From Nitrosopumilus sp. (GTDB taxonomy: Archaea > Thermoproteota > Nitrososphaeria > Nitrososphaerales > Nitrosopumilaceae): DNA of 64,000 nt. The stretch is from positions 192,001-256,000 of the forward strand of contig OZ243974.1 of the NCBI GenBank assembly GCA_965214775.1, written 5' to 3'. Each line of letters opens with the position of its first letter. The stretch's first letter is position 1. The translations under genes and the position numbers were made by a program. The notes below the pieces were generated by a model. That model was not told the origin of the DNA, did not search any database, and saw nothing but the letters and a program-made list of their open reading frames with translations. Below, piece by piece: positions 48,523 to 58,258 of this stretch.

Positions 48523-49696
48523 AGATCAGCATATGGGAAACCTGTATCAGAGATTCCCAGTAACAATTGAAAGAGGAAAGGGCGCACATGTTTGGGATGT
48601 GGATGGCAAGGAGTACATCGATTGCATGGGCGGGTACGGCGTGGCCCTGGTCGGACATCAGAATAAAAGAGTAAATGATGCAATCAGGCAGCAGATAGAC
48701 AAAATCATCACGGTCCACAGCTCATTGTACAACAAAACAAGAGAGGAGTTTTTGCGGACTTTGATCGGCTTGGCGCCTGAAAAACTATCTCAGGTTCATT
48801 TGAACAACAGCGGTGCAGAGGCAATCGAGGCTGCAATCAAGTTTGCAAGAAAGTTTACCGGCAAAAAAGGAATGGTTGCAATGAAGGGATCATACCATGG
48901 AAAGTCGCTTGGCGCGCTGTCCTTGACGTTTAACCCGAAATACAGAAAGGCATTCCAGCCCCTAGTTGAGAAAGTGTCATTTGCGTCATTTGGGGACATC
49001 GAGTCGCTGCGCTCAGCAGTAGATGATGATACTGCCTTTGTCATATTGGAGCCAATTCAGGGTGAAAGCGGAATCAACGTGGCTCCTGAAGGGTTTTTGC
49101 AGGATGTCCGAAGACTTTGCGATGAGAAGAAAATCCTGCTAATTTTTGACGAGATTCAGGCCGGACTTGGCAGGACAGGGCGGTTATGGGCCCATGATCA
49201 CTGGGACACTGCACCGGACATTTTGTGTCTGGCAAAAGGAATTGCCGGCGGGATCCCAATGGGTGTAACGCTGGTCAGGCCAGACATTTTGGCCTCAATG
49301 AGCAAGGGGGAGCATTCCTCCACATTTGGAGGAAACCCGATCTCTTGTGCGGCAGGCACTGCTGCACTAAAGGCGTTAACAGAAGACAGACTGATTGAAA
49401 ATTCCGAAAGGATGGGGAAGATCTTCAGGGATGGATTAGAGAAACTAAAGGAAAAACACGCAATAATCAGGGAAATTCGGGGCAAGGGACTCATGATTGG
49501 CATAGAGATGAAATTCGAGGTCAGAGATATCCTGATGGGCCTTATCAGGGAGGGTGTCCTGATGCTTTATTCTGGAAGAAACATACTGCGAATTCTTCCC
49601 CCGCTAGTAATATCTGAAGAAGACATAACAAAAGTTTTACATTCCCTGGATATCATACTTACCAAAGAGGAAGAAAAACGAGATGTACAAGGATAG
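48515..49696 (+). CDS. lysJ: LysW-semialdehyde aminotransferase
   Basis: NSGAEAIE, EPIQGE, DEIQAG, AKG, STFGGNP. Confidence 0.9.
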   Translation: MSEDQHMGNLYQRFPVTIERGKGAHVWDVDGKEYIDCMGGYGVALVGHQNKRVNDAIRQQIDKIITVHSSLYNKTREEFLRTLIGLAPEKLSQVHLNNSGAEAIEAAIKFARKFTGKKGMVAMKGSYHGKSLGALSLTFNPKYRKAFQPLVEKVSFASFGDIESLRSAVDDDTAFVILEPIQGESGINVAPEGFLQDVRRLCDEKKILLIFDEIQAGLGRTGRLWAHDHWDTAPDILCLAKGIAGGIPMGVTLVRPDILASMSKGEHSSTFGGNPISCAAGTAALKALTEDRLIENSERMGKIFRDGLEKLKEKHAIIREIRGKGLMIGIEMKFEVRDILMGLIREGVLMLYSGRNILRILPPLVISEEDITKVLHSLDIILTKEEEKRDVQG

Positions 49697-50102
49697 AACA
49701 GACGAAAAAATCATAGGCTATCTAAAAGAAGACTCTAGGGAGTCATTTGTAGATATTGGCAAAAAACTAAAGCTGTCCGAATCTGCGGTTCGAAGAAGGG
49801 TAAAAAATCTGGTCGACAACAGGACAATCAAAAAATTCACCGTGGAGTTAAGAGAAGAAAATGCAACCAGTGCCATTGTCCTGGTTTCTGTAGATTCGGC
49901 AACAGACACCTCCAAAGTTTCACTCAAGCTTGGAAAACTCAAAGGCGTAAAGACAGTATATGAGATTACAGGGCAATACGACATTACGACCATAATCAGC
50001 GCCCCAAGCATTGCAGAGATAAACAGCAGTATTGACGCATTAAGAAAGATTCAGGGCGTCGTAGACACCAATACCATAATAATCTTGAAGAAAGTAGTCT
50101 AA
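49683..50102 (+). CDS. lysM: Lrp/AsnC regulator LysM
   Basis: LSESAVRRRVKNL HTH, YEITGQYD. Confidence 0.88.
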   Translation: MYKDRTDEKIIGYLKEDSRESFVDIGKKLKLSESAVRRRVKNLVDNRTIKKFTVELREENATSAIVLVSVDSATDTSKVSLKLGKLKGVKTVYEITGQYDITTIISAPSIAEINSSIDALRKIQGVVDTNTIIILKKVV

Positions 50103-50218
50103 AACGACTTTCGCTTCAAAACTTCTTTTCCAGTCTATTTTAGGATCAACTATGACCTTTTTCAACGAACATAGTACGAATATGTTTATAAGAAGAAATT
50201 CTGACAACGAAATCAGCA

Positions 50219-51385
50219 ATGAAAGATCCGAATCATTATGCAGACATATACAACGCATATGACAAAAACCCAAAGAGAATCAAGGTGCTAGACAGCACTT
50301 TGAGGGAAGGGGAGCAGCATCCCGGCGTCTCATTTACAAACAAACAAAGGATTCAGATTGCATGGATGCTGGATTATTTCGGAGTCGATCAGATTGAAAT
50401 CTCTCCGGTTGTTTCCGGTGATCACAAGGAGGCAACCAAGACAATAATCAAGCAGGGACTAAACGCAGACATTGTTTCGCACGGACGTGCACTAAAGCAA
50501 GACGTTGACGCATCGTTGGACTGTGATGCCAGATGGTGTGCGGCATACTTGGGGATTTCAGACATACATCTAAAAGACAAGCTGAGAATTACAAGGGAGG
50601 AGGCCATTACCAGGGCAGTTGAGACTGTAGAGTATGCAAAATCTCACGGATTGAAGATCAGGTTTACAGTGGAGGACGGCAGCAGGACAGAGCCGGGGTT
50701 CCTGCTAGAGGTCTGCAAGGCCATCGAAGAGGCAGGAGTGGACAGAATCAGTCTGCCTGACACGGTAGGGATTCTCAGGCCGATTGGCATGTATAATTTT
50801 GTAAAAAAGGTAAGGGATTCAACTGATCTGCCATTGGATGCCCACGTACACAACGACATGGGATTTGCAGTTGCCAATGCTTTTTCTGCGTGTGATGCAG
50901 GAGTTGATCAGATTCATACGACTATTGACGGCATCGGAGAAAGGACCGGGATTCCGCCTTTGGCAGAGGTCGCAGTCGCCCTGACCTATCTTTACAAGTC
51001 ACCAAACGACTTCAGACTGGACATGCTGCTAGATTTGTCTAGACTGATTGAGGACTATACGACAATCAAGCCGTATGATTCAAAACCAATCGTAGGCTCT
51101 TCGGCATACAAACACAAGGCAGGAACCCACTTGGCTGCAATTCTAAGAAATCCTGCAGCATACGAGCCCATTCCGCCACGCGCAGTAGGAAACAGGCGCA
51201 GAATCGTGTTTGGCGAGCTGGCCGGAAAGACGGGAGCCGCCTACCTGATGTCGCTGTTAGGACTGGAAAAAGATGACGAAAGGGCCAAGGCAGTCGCATC
51301 CGGACTAAAGGGCCTCAGAATGGGGGATCTGATCGAAATTCCACTAGAAGACAGGCTTGAAAAAAAGATAACCGATGATAAATAA
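50219..51385 (+). CDS. Homocitrate synthase (LeuA family)
   Basis: LDSTLREGEQ, HVHND, GIGERTG, HKAGTH; lys-cluster context. Confidence 0.8.
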   Translation: MKDPNHYADIYNAYDKNPKRIKVLDSTLREGEQHPGVSFTNKQRIQIAWMLDYFGVDQIEISPVVSGDHKEATKTIIKQGLNADIVSHGRALKQDVDASLDCDARWCAAYLGISDIHLKDKLRITREEAITRAVETVEYAKSHGLKIRFTVEDGSRTEPGFLLEVCKAIEEAGVDRISLPDTVGILRPIGMYNFVKKVRDSTDLPLDAHVHNDMGFAVANAFSACDAGVDQIHTTIDGIGERTGIPPLAEVAVALTYLYKSPNDFRLDMLLDLSRLIEDYTTIKPYDSKPIVGSSAYKHKAGTHLAAILRNPAAYEPIPPRAVGNRRRIVFGELAGKTGAAYLMSLLGLEKDDERAKAVASGLKGLRMGDLIEIPLEDRLEKKITDDK

Positions 51386-51408
51386 ATAGAGGGGGCGTAA
51401 AGGGAGGT

Positions 51409-51579
51409 ATGATGTCCAAATGCGAAGAATGCGATGCAGAAATTTCAATTCCAAGGGATGCACTTGAGGGGGAAATTGTCACCTGTCCGGAATGCGGGGC
51501 AAGTTATGAGTTAGCAAAAGGTTCAGACGGCTTCGATCTAAAGCCTGCCCAAACGGTTGGCGAGGATTGGGGACAGTGA
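51409..51579 (+). CDS. lysW: Second LysW paralog ending in EDWGQ
   Basis: MMSKCEECD...CPECG...VGEDWGQ*; GGAGG RBS upstream. Confidence 0.88.
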   Translation: MMSKCEECDAEISIPRDALEGEIVTCPECGASYELAKGSDGFDLKPAQTVGEDWGQ

Positions 51580-52418
51580 GTCCTGACGTTACTGTTCTTT
51601 ATGATGCCATCCGGTGGGAGGAAAAGGCCCTTCTAGAAGCGGGTAAAAAAAACAACATCAGCATACAGATGGCAGATTGTAAGAAACTGGCCTTGGATTT
51701 GGAAAAGAAACCTGAAGATTACGGGGTTGTAATCCAAAGATGTGTGAGTTATTATCGAAACTTGCATTCTACTGCGGCACTTGAGGGACTTGGAGTCAGG
51801 GTGATTAACTGCCTGAACACAGGAGTGTTTGCAGGAAACAAGTTGTTCACACACATGCTGCTAAAAAAATTCGGGGTCCCGACTCCGGATGCCACGGTCG
51901 CATTTTCAAAGGATGCCGCACTAGACATGTTGGATGCCCAGGGGTTTCCCAGAGTCATCAAGCCGACAGTCGGGAGTTGGGGAAGGCTGGTTTCAAGACT
52001 AAATGACAGGGAGTCTGCCGAAGGGATTATCAGCAGCAGGGAAAGCATGTATCCGATATATCAGATTCATTATCTGGAAGAGTTTGTAAAAAGACCGCCC
52101 AGGGACATCCGGGCAATCATGGTAGGAGACAGGATTGTTGCGGCCATTTACAGGAACTCCAAACGTTGGAAGACAAACATGGCATTGGGAGGAATGGCAG
52201 AGCCGTGCAAAGTAACCTCAGAGATGGAGGAGATGTGCATCAAAGCAAAAAACGCCGTTCAAGGGGACATTGTAGGTGTAGACCTGATGGAAAGTGAGGA
52301 GAAAGGGCTAGTCGTGCACGAGGTCAACAACACCACAGAATACAAGAACACTGTCAGAGTCTGTGGCGTGGATATTCCATCGCTGATGCTAAAGCACGCC
52401 CTTGAAAAATACAGGTGA
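51576..52418 (+). CDS. lysX: LysW ligase LysX
   Basis: QRCVSY, KPTVGSWGR, HEVNNTTEY; GTG start overlapping the lysW stop. Confidence 0.85.
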   Translation: MSPDVTVLYDAIRWEEKALLEAGKKNNISIQMADCKKLALDLEKKPEDYGVVIQRCVSYYRNLHSTAALEGLGVRVINCLNTGVFAGNKLFTHMLLKKFGVPTPDATVAFSKDAALDMLDAQGFPRVIKPTVGSWGRLVSRLNDRESAEGIISSRESMYPIYQIHYLEEFVKRPPRDIRAIMVGDRIVAAIYRNSKRWKTNMALGGMAEPCKVTSEMEEMCIKAKNAVQGDIVGVDLMESEEKGLVVHEVNNTTEYKNTVRVCGVDIPSLMLKHALEKYR

Positions 52419-52424
52419 GAAGAA

Positions 52425-53552
52425 ATGGATGCAGATATCTCAGTTACGCCCCGGTTTACAGTAAAGATGCTTGAAAAGGCACTAAGACTCTACACGCCGT
52501 CACTTGACGAAAAACCGATGGCAGAGTTTCTAGCTGACAAGTGCGATGATTTGGGTTTTGAGGACATTCAGATTGACGAGGTTGGAAACCTGATTGCAAG
52601 AAAGGGCTCGGGATCCCCAACGATCATGCTGTGCGGCCACATGGATGTAGTGCCAGGAAAAGTAAGGGTGCGAAGGCAGGGAGACCTGCTGTATGGCAGG
52701 GGTGCATCTGATGCCAAAGCGCCACTCATGGCAATGCTGTTTGCAGCAGCATCAGTCCAGAACAACTGCGGAACGATAATTTTTGTCGGCGCAGTTGACG
52801 AGGAGGGAAACGCAACAGGCATCAAAAATTTGGTTAAAAAAGACATGGGTGTCGACTATGCAGTGTTTGGGGAGCCAAGCGGAATCAAGCAGGTCACCAT
52901 TGCTTACAAGGGACGGCTGGCAATCAATCTCAAAGTCAGCGTAGAGGACAGTTCCCATGCCAGTGCACCGTGGCTTTCCAAGAATGCCATTGAGGAATCG
53001 ATGGTGTTTGTAAATGAGCTGAAGAAAAAGCTGGAATCAGGCCAGGAAGACAAAACCAAGGGAATGCTGCTGACAGCAACAATGACTGAGATCAAGGGAG
53101 GGACAAGCCACAATGTAACTCCAAAGGAATGCGAGACGATTTTTGACATCAGGATTCCCGTTGATAAAAACTGCAAGGACGTCGAACGGCAAGTAGCAGC
53201 ATCAGTCAAGGAGATTGCCCAAGAACGCAGGGTGGAGGCGTTTTATTCCATTTTGGATGAGACTGAGCCGTTTGAGGCGCCGCACAAGTCACCGATCGTC
53301 AGGGCACTGACACTAGGAATCAGGGATGTTGTGCAGGCCCATCCAAAACTAATCAGAAAGACAGGCACCGGGGACATGAACGTGTTAGGCAACCAGTGGA
53401 GGATTCCAGTCGTCACGTATGGCCCGGGGGATCCTCATGAGGCACATACGATTGATGAAAAAGTTTCAATTGACGAATATCTAAGGGGGATAGAGATCCT
53501 CAAAAGATCATTAAATCATTTAAAAAGACTTCATGATAAAAAAACAAAGTAA
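52425..53552 (+). CDS. lysK: LysW-lysine/ornithine hydrolase (M20)
   Basis: GHMDVV, GRGASDAK, DEE, GTGDMN, YGPGD..AHT. Confidence 0.9.
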   Translation: MDADISVTPRFTVKMLEKALRLYTPSLDEKPMAEFLADKCDDLGFEDIQIDEVGNLIARKGSGSPTIMLCGHMDVVPGKVRVRRQGDLLYGRGASDAKAPLMAMLFAAASVQNNCGTIIFVGAVDEEGNATGIKNLVKKDMGVDYAVFGEPSGIKQVTIAYKGRLAINLKVSVEDSSHASAPWLSKNAIEESMVFVNELKKKLESGQEDKTKGMLLTATMTEIKGGTSHNVTPKECETIFDIRIPVDKNCKDVERQVAASVKEIAQERRVEAFYSILDETEPFEAPHKSPIVRALTLGIRDVVQAHPKLIRKTGTGDMNVLGNQWRIPVVTYGPGDPHEAHTIDEKVSIDEYLRGIEILKRSLNHLKRLHDKKTK

Positions 53553-54592
53553 TGTTATGGTTTGTAGGATTGGGAATCTCGGGATTCAAGTCAATTCCCA
53601 ATGAGGCAATGGATGTGCTGTCAAGGGCAGACACGGTATACCTGGAGCAGTTTACAAGTCCGATTAGCAGATCAGATCTGAAAAAGATCAGGGATGCCTC
53701 CAAGGGGGAATTCAAGCTTGCAAGGAGGTGGCAGATAGAAGACGGAAACGAGATCCTGCAAAATGCAAAAAGAAACAAGGTTGTCGTTCTTTTGTCGTAT
53801 GGAGACCCCTACATTGCGACCACGCACATTGAATTGAGGGCAAGGGCCATCAAAGAAAAGATAGGGACACGTTCCATTCATGCCTCGTCGTCACTGACGG
53901 CAATGATCGGGGAATGCGGCCTGCATTTTTACAAAATCGGAAGGATTGCAACGGTAATGAACGACATGAGATCGCTGACCACGCCATACTATGTAATTTA
54001 CAGAAACATCACAGAGGGAAATCATTCGGTTCTTCTCTTAGAGTATGACCAGGACAAGGATTTCTTTTTGGATCCCAGGGATGCCATGAGAAAGTTGCTT
54101 GAAACAGAAAAAGGGCAGGGAAGAAATGTGGTTTCCGGCAGAACGTATGCCGTTGTTGCCTCGCGAATCGGATTCAGGGATCAATCCATAGTTGCCGGAA
54201 GAATTGCAAGTATGAGAAAACATGATTTTGGCAAGCCGCCTCATACCCTGATTATTCCGGGAAGAATGCATTTTACAGAATCAGACGCCCTGAGAATACT
54301 TGGAAAGTGCCTTGATGAGCCGTTTGACAACTCGGATAAAGCAAAAAAAATATCAAGACAGATGATGGAAAGATACGTTCCGATGGTCAGAGAGGCGTTA
54401 GAAGAGATTGGATCCCATTGCAAAGGCCAAAAGGAGTTCCAAATGATTTTGGAGAATGCAAAACTGTACATCCAGGATGCGGAGAAATTCCTTGAAGACG
54501 GCCAAGACGAGGTTGCAGTTTTGAGTATCGGGTATGCTGACGGTCTTGTTGACGCATTAAGGCTGGCAAAAGGCCTTGATCCTATAGTGTGA
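53552..54592 (+). CDS. dph5: Diphthine synthase with C-terminal DUF357-like domain
   Basis: LWFVGLG, GDPYIATTH, PPHTLIIPG.MHFTE. Confidence 0.92.
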   Translation: MLWFVGLGISGFKSIPNEAMDVLSRADTVYLEQFTSPISRSDLKKIRDASKGEFKLARRWQIEDGNEILQNAKRNKVVVLLSYGDPYIATTHIELRARAIKEKIGTRSIHASSSLTAMIGECGLHFYKIGRIATVMNDMRSLTTPYYVIYRNITEGNHSVLLLEYDQDKDFFLDPRDAMRKLLETEKGQGRNVVSGRTYAVVASRIGFRDQSIVAGRIASMRKHDFGKPPHTLIIPGRMHFTESDALRILGKCLDEPFDNSDKAKKISRQMMERYVPMVREALEEIGSHCKGQKEFQMILENAKLYIQDAEKFLEDGQDEVAVLSIGYADGLVDALRLAKGLDPIV

Positions 54593-54741
54593 AACAAAAG
54601 TTTATGAAAATCTTGATGTATTCATGAGGTACTCCATGACGTCATGGTCGAAGCTGGCAGTCCTCATGTATTCGGACAGCGCATGCCTCATCTCCTCTAA
54701 CGTTTCATAGTACTCGGAGACGAGGATGGCCCGCTTTGCCT
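54585..54741 (-). pseudogene. IS630 3' relic
   Basis: Minus strand QAKRAILVSEYYETLEEMRHALSEYMRT..., similar to the C-terminus of 60937-61923. Confidence 0.6.
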
Positions 54742-54880
54742 GAGAGGTGATCCGAAATTAGAAGCCATACGAATCTTTCAAGTAATTTCACAGATAACTT
54801 GTATTTTGTTGGTGTTTTGAGCTGCTTTATGCAAATTTGTTCACAAATAATCAGAGTCTACTAATTTCGAATCAACTCTC
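54742..54880. mobile_element. MITE family C copy
   Basis: Matches 6196-6332. Confidence 0.85.
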
Positions 54881-54961
54881 GGGGGCGGGCATCGGGGCCA
54901 TACGCCGGATCACTGACATATGGTGGCAAAGACCCTGGCAAACAGTGCCGCCGGGGCCATT

Positions 54962-55085
54962 ATGCCGGCAATCACAAACTCCTGAATGTCACCGACCATT
55001 TGCAGGGGTGTCTGATCACGAAACACTTCGAGAATCTTTGCTGGCCAGTGCAATCTCTTGCCGCAGGCTTGGCTCACCGTGATCG
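54962..55085. repeat. 124-bp non-coding repeat, copy 2
   Basis: Match to 30062-30185. Confidence 0.85.
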
Positions 55086-56826
55086 CACAAGCTAGCCGAG
55101 GCCTGCGGCATGCAGCAGCCGCACCTGCCGGGCCGACAGCTCGGCGCCGTACACGCGAAGCTCGTCAAGCACCGAGTCGATCCTGTCGGGATCCCCCCAG
55201 CTGATGGTCCTCACCGTAAACGCATGGTCGTTTGTCGTGCTGCCTTCCAGTCCTAGGCCCCTGCGGTAGCCGTCATAGTCCCGGTGCTCGCCGTCGATAT
55301 ACGCGTTCAGTCCCCCCTTTGCGCCCGAGCCGTCGTACGTGAATGCGATATGGTGCCAGGCGCCGTCTGACATGTTCATGTGTTGCGGTGTATGCACGTT
55401 TATGAACGTGGAGTTGTCGTGTATCGAAAGCAGGACCCTGTTGGGCGCCCCTCCCCATATCCACACGTACGAGCCGGTATGACCGAACGACTCTGCCTTG
55501 GACATTATCATGGTGCTGTTGTTGACGGGCACGTCCTGCCTGAGCCAGAACGCAATGCTGAACGGGTCGGTCCGCCCAAAGTCAAAGTCGGCCTCCCCCG
55601 CGAGGGTGACGGTCGTAGAGCCGTCAAGCTGCAGCCCCCTGCCTATCCTGCCAGGCACGTATTCGACGTCCACTCCTGCAGCCGCCGTACCATTGTTGTC
55701 CCCCGTCACATCTGCGAGGTCGCCCTCAAAGGACAGGCCGGCCACGAGCTCCTCGTAGGGGGCCGTGACTGTCACAGGATCTGCGATCGTGACCCGTATG
55801 CCTCCCTTTGGGACGCCGTCCCCGTCCACCAGGCCGACCCAGAACGCGCCTCCCGCCTCCGCGTCGTCGGCCGTCCTCAACAGTATGGTATACTGGTATC
55901 CGAGCGCGTTGATCGTGTGGTACCTTACGTCGTATGCCGAGCCTGCGTGGTTGTCAAGCTCCATCGTGCGGCGGCGCTGCCCCGGGAAATCGGTGCATAC
56001 AGTCGTGTTACATCCGGAGCCCTCCGGGAATCCCCCAAAGTCGTCTACGGTAAGCGATCTGCTGTATACGGCAAGGGCGTCTTGCTGGTGCCTTGTGCCC
56101 TCAAGGTTTACGGCATACTCGAAGGTCTGCCCCGGAAACACCCTGTCGGGGCCCGTGATCCTCCAGGTGGCGTGCTCGCCAGTTATCGTCTTTGCGGACG
56201 GCGGCATCACCGTTACGGGTATGCCGCCCACCTGGTCGTTGTTACCGTCCATCATGCCGACTGTGGCCTGCGTGCCCGCCGGTGCGTCGGCTGCCGGCTG
56301 CAGCAGTACGGTGTGGCTGGATCTGGACTTTTTCATCTTGTTGTGCATGGCAGTATACGGCGAGTCCTCGTCGCTGGCTGTCCTGTACGTGTCGTGCTTT
56401 TGTTCGGGAAATCCAGCGCATATCACGGTCTGGCAGTCCGTATTGGAATCGTGCCATCCGAGATCCCGCTCCGGCGCCGTGCTGTACACGGCAAGCGACT
56501 CCAGCCGCGGCCTCGCCCCGTCCTCGAGTGTTACGGTATACTCGAAGGTCTGCCCCGCAAACACCCTGTCAGGACCCGTGACACTCCACGTGGACCTGCC
56601 AGTGCTTACTGTCTGAGAGACGTCCAGGATGGCGTCAGAGGCATCCACGTGTATGATAAACCAGTCCGCCTGCGAGTTTGCAGAGCCGTCTGTCGCCGTG
56701 CATGACACCTCGGTGAATCCGGGTGCAAACGTCGATCCAGACTCGTGCGTGCATGACACTGCCACGACCCCGTCCACGAGGTCGGTGGCAGTCGGCGCAT
56801 CGTAGCTGACTGCCGCCCCACGGCCG

Positions 56827-58258
56827 TAGTCAACATATAAAAAAAAGAACAATTTTGACAACTATTTTTGATCCAAACATTAAGATCAGGCAAGGAATAC
56901 GCATATGCATGGACAGACAGAGAAAGGAATTCGTAGCATCAGGAAGCAAATTCCTGCCAAATACGTCACGCTCCTACCTGCACGAGGCGTACAAAAAGGA
57001 GACAGACAAGAGAAAGCGCGACAGGCTGCTTGCATACATGCAGCGCAAGGACGACCTTGGTGTGGAACAGATAGCAAAGAACCTCGACCGGGCACATTCC
57101 ACCATATCCAAGTGGCTCATCCGCGCACAGGACGAGGGAATACGTGCAAGGCACGAGCGGCCAGGCAGGGGACGCAAGCACAAGCTGAGTGAGTCGCAGC
57201 TGAAACAGCTTGCGGCGGATCTCAAGTCAGGATCCGAGGAGTGCGGTTTTGAGAGCAGCCTGTGGGACTCGGGCCTGATGAGACGGCACATCAAAAAGAA
57301 GTTCGGCATAGAATACAGCAAGAGCGGCACGCGGCTGCTGGCACGCGAGCTTGGGTTCTCATGGAGGAAGCCGAGGCCAAAGAACCCAAAGGCCGTCTCA
57401 AAACAAAAGCAGAACGAGTTCAAGGAGGCATCCCAGGAGCTGATACGGGAAAAGGAGGCGCAAGGGTATACGGTACTGGCAGAAGACGAGTCATCCATAC
57501 AAAAGACCTCAAACAGCCCCAAACACGGGTGGCTCAGGCGCGGCATGAGCGTCACGGCGCCCGTATCGCTGTCACGGCAGCGCCGGTACATGTTCGGCGT
57601 GCTGGCAGTTAACATATTCTACTATATGTTCTATGACAAGACCAACACCGACAGCTTTTGCGACTTTTTGGAAAAGGTGCACGAAAAGTACGGAAAGGTG
57701 TTGATATTCCTGGATAATGCGTCATACCACAAGTCTGTCGGCGTAAGGGAGATGCTGGAAAAGTACAAGGGCGAGATAATACTGGAGTACCTGCCGCCGT
57801 ACGCGCCGGAGCTCAATCCTGTAGAGATACAGTGGAGGGAGATAAAGCGGAGGCTGTCTGCCAAGATGTTTGATACGCTTGATGAGATGGAGCAGTCCGT
57901 GCGGAAGATGTTTGCCAGTGGAGAGATCCTACCGGTAAAGATGTTCCGATATTTGATGGGCTGACTACTGCAGCAGCAGCAACAACAACTGTCGTATTCC
58001 ATACTGTCGGGTCTTGTGTGGCAGTATGTCAAACCCCCCATGCACGAATTAACTACTGCAGCAACAACAACTGTCGTATTCCATACTGTCGGGTCTAGTA
58101 CGCCTTGCGAAGACGTGAGTGCTTTGCTTGCCCAGGAATTTGTCCCTTGATGCCACAAATTCTGCCTGTTTTCCCATGCATGTGCGATGGTTTGCCTGAT
58201 CTTAATGTTTGGATCAAAAGCAGTTGTCAAAATTGTTCGTTTTTTTATGAATTAACTA
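56827..58258 (+). mobile_element. IS630-family element with ~130-bp imperfect TIRs, inserted at C^G
   Basis: CG|TAGTCAAC...ATTAACTA|CG; the right end is an inverted copy of the left end plus the start of the transposase gene. Confidence 0.88.
56855..57964 (+). CDS. IS630-family transposase (intact)
   Basis: HTH domains, LAEDES, FLDNASYH, YAPELNPVE. Confidence 0.92.
   Translation: MTTIFDPNIKIRQGIRICMDRQRKEFVASGSKFLPNTSRSYLHEAYKKETDKRKRDRLLAYMQRKDDLGVEQIAKNLDRAHSTISKWLIRAQDEGIRARHERPGRGRKHKLSESQLKQLAADLKSGSEECGFESSLWDSGLMRRHIKKKFGIEYSKSGTRLLARELGFSWRKPRPKNPKAVSKQKQNEFKEASQELIREKEAQGYTVLAEDESSIQKTSNSPKHGWLRRGMSVTAPVSLSRQRRYMFGVLAVNIFYYMFYDKTNTDSFCDFLEKVHEKYGKVLIFLDNASYHKSVGVREMLEKYKGEIILEYLPPYAPELNPVEIQWREIKRRLSAKMFDTLDEMEQSVRKMFASGEILPVKMFRYLMG

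Noticed and set aside
55380-56705. Long plus-strand ORFs (441 and 283 aa) and similar antisense ORFs, e.g. 9396-10295 and 34956-35726
   Set aside because: Shadows of GC-rich genuine genes on the opposite strand; no motifs.
57963-58095. Direct repeats with a spacer after the IS630 transposase
   Set aside because: Only two imperfect copies, including the element's own ACTAC terminus; a local duplication, not an array.
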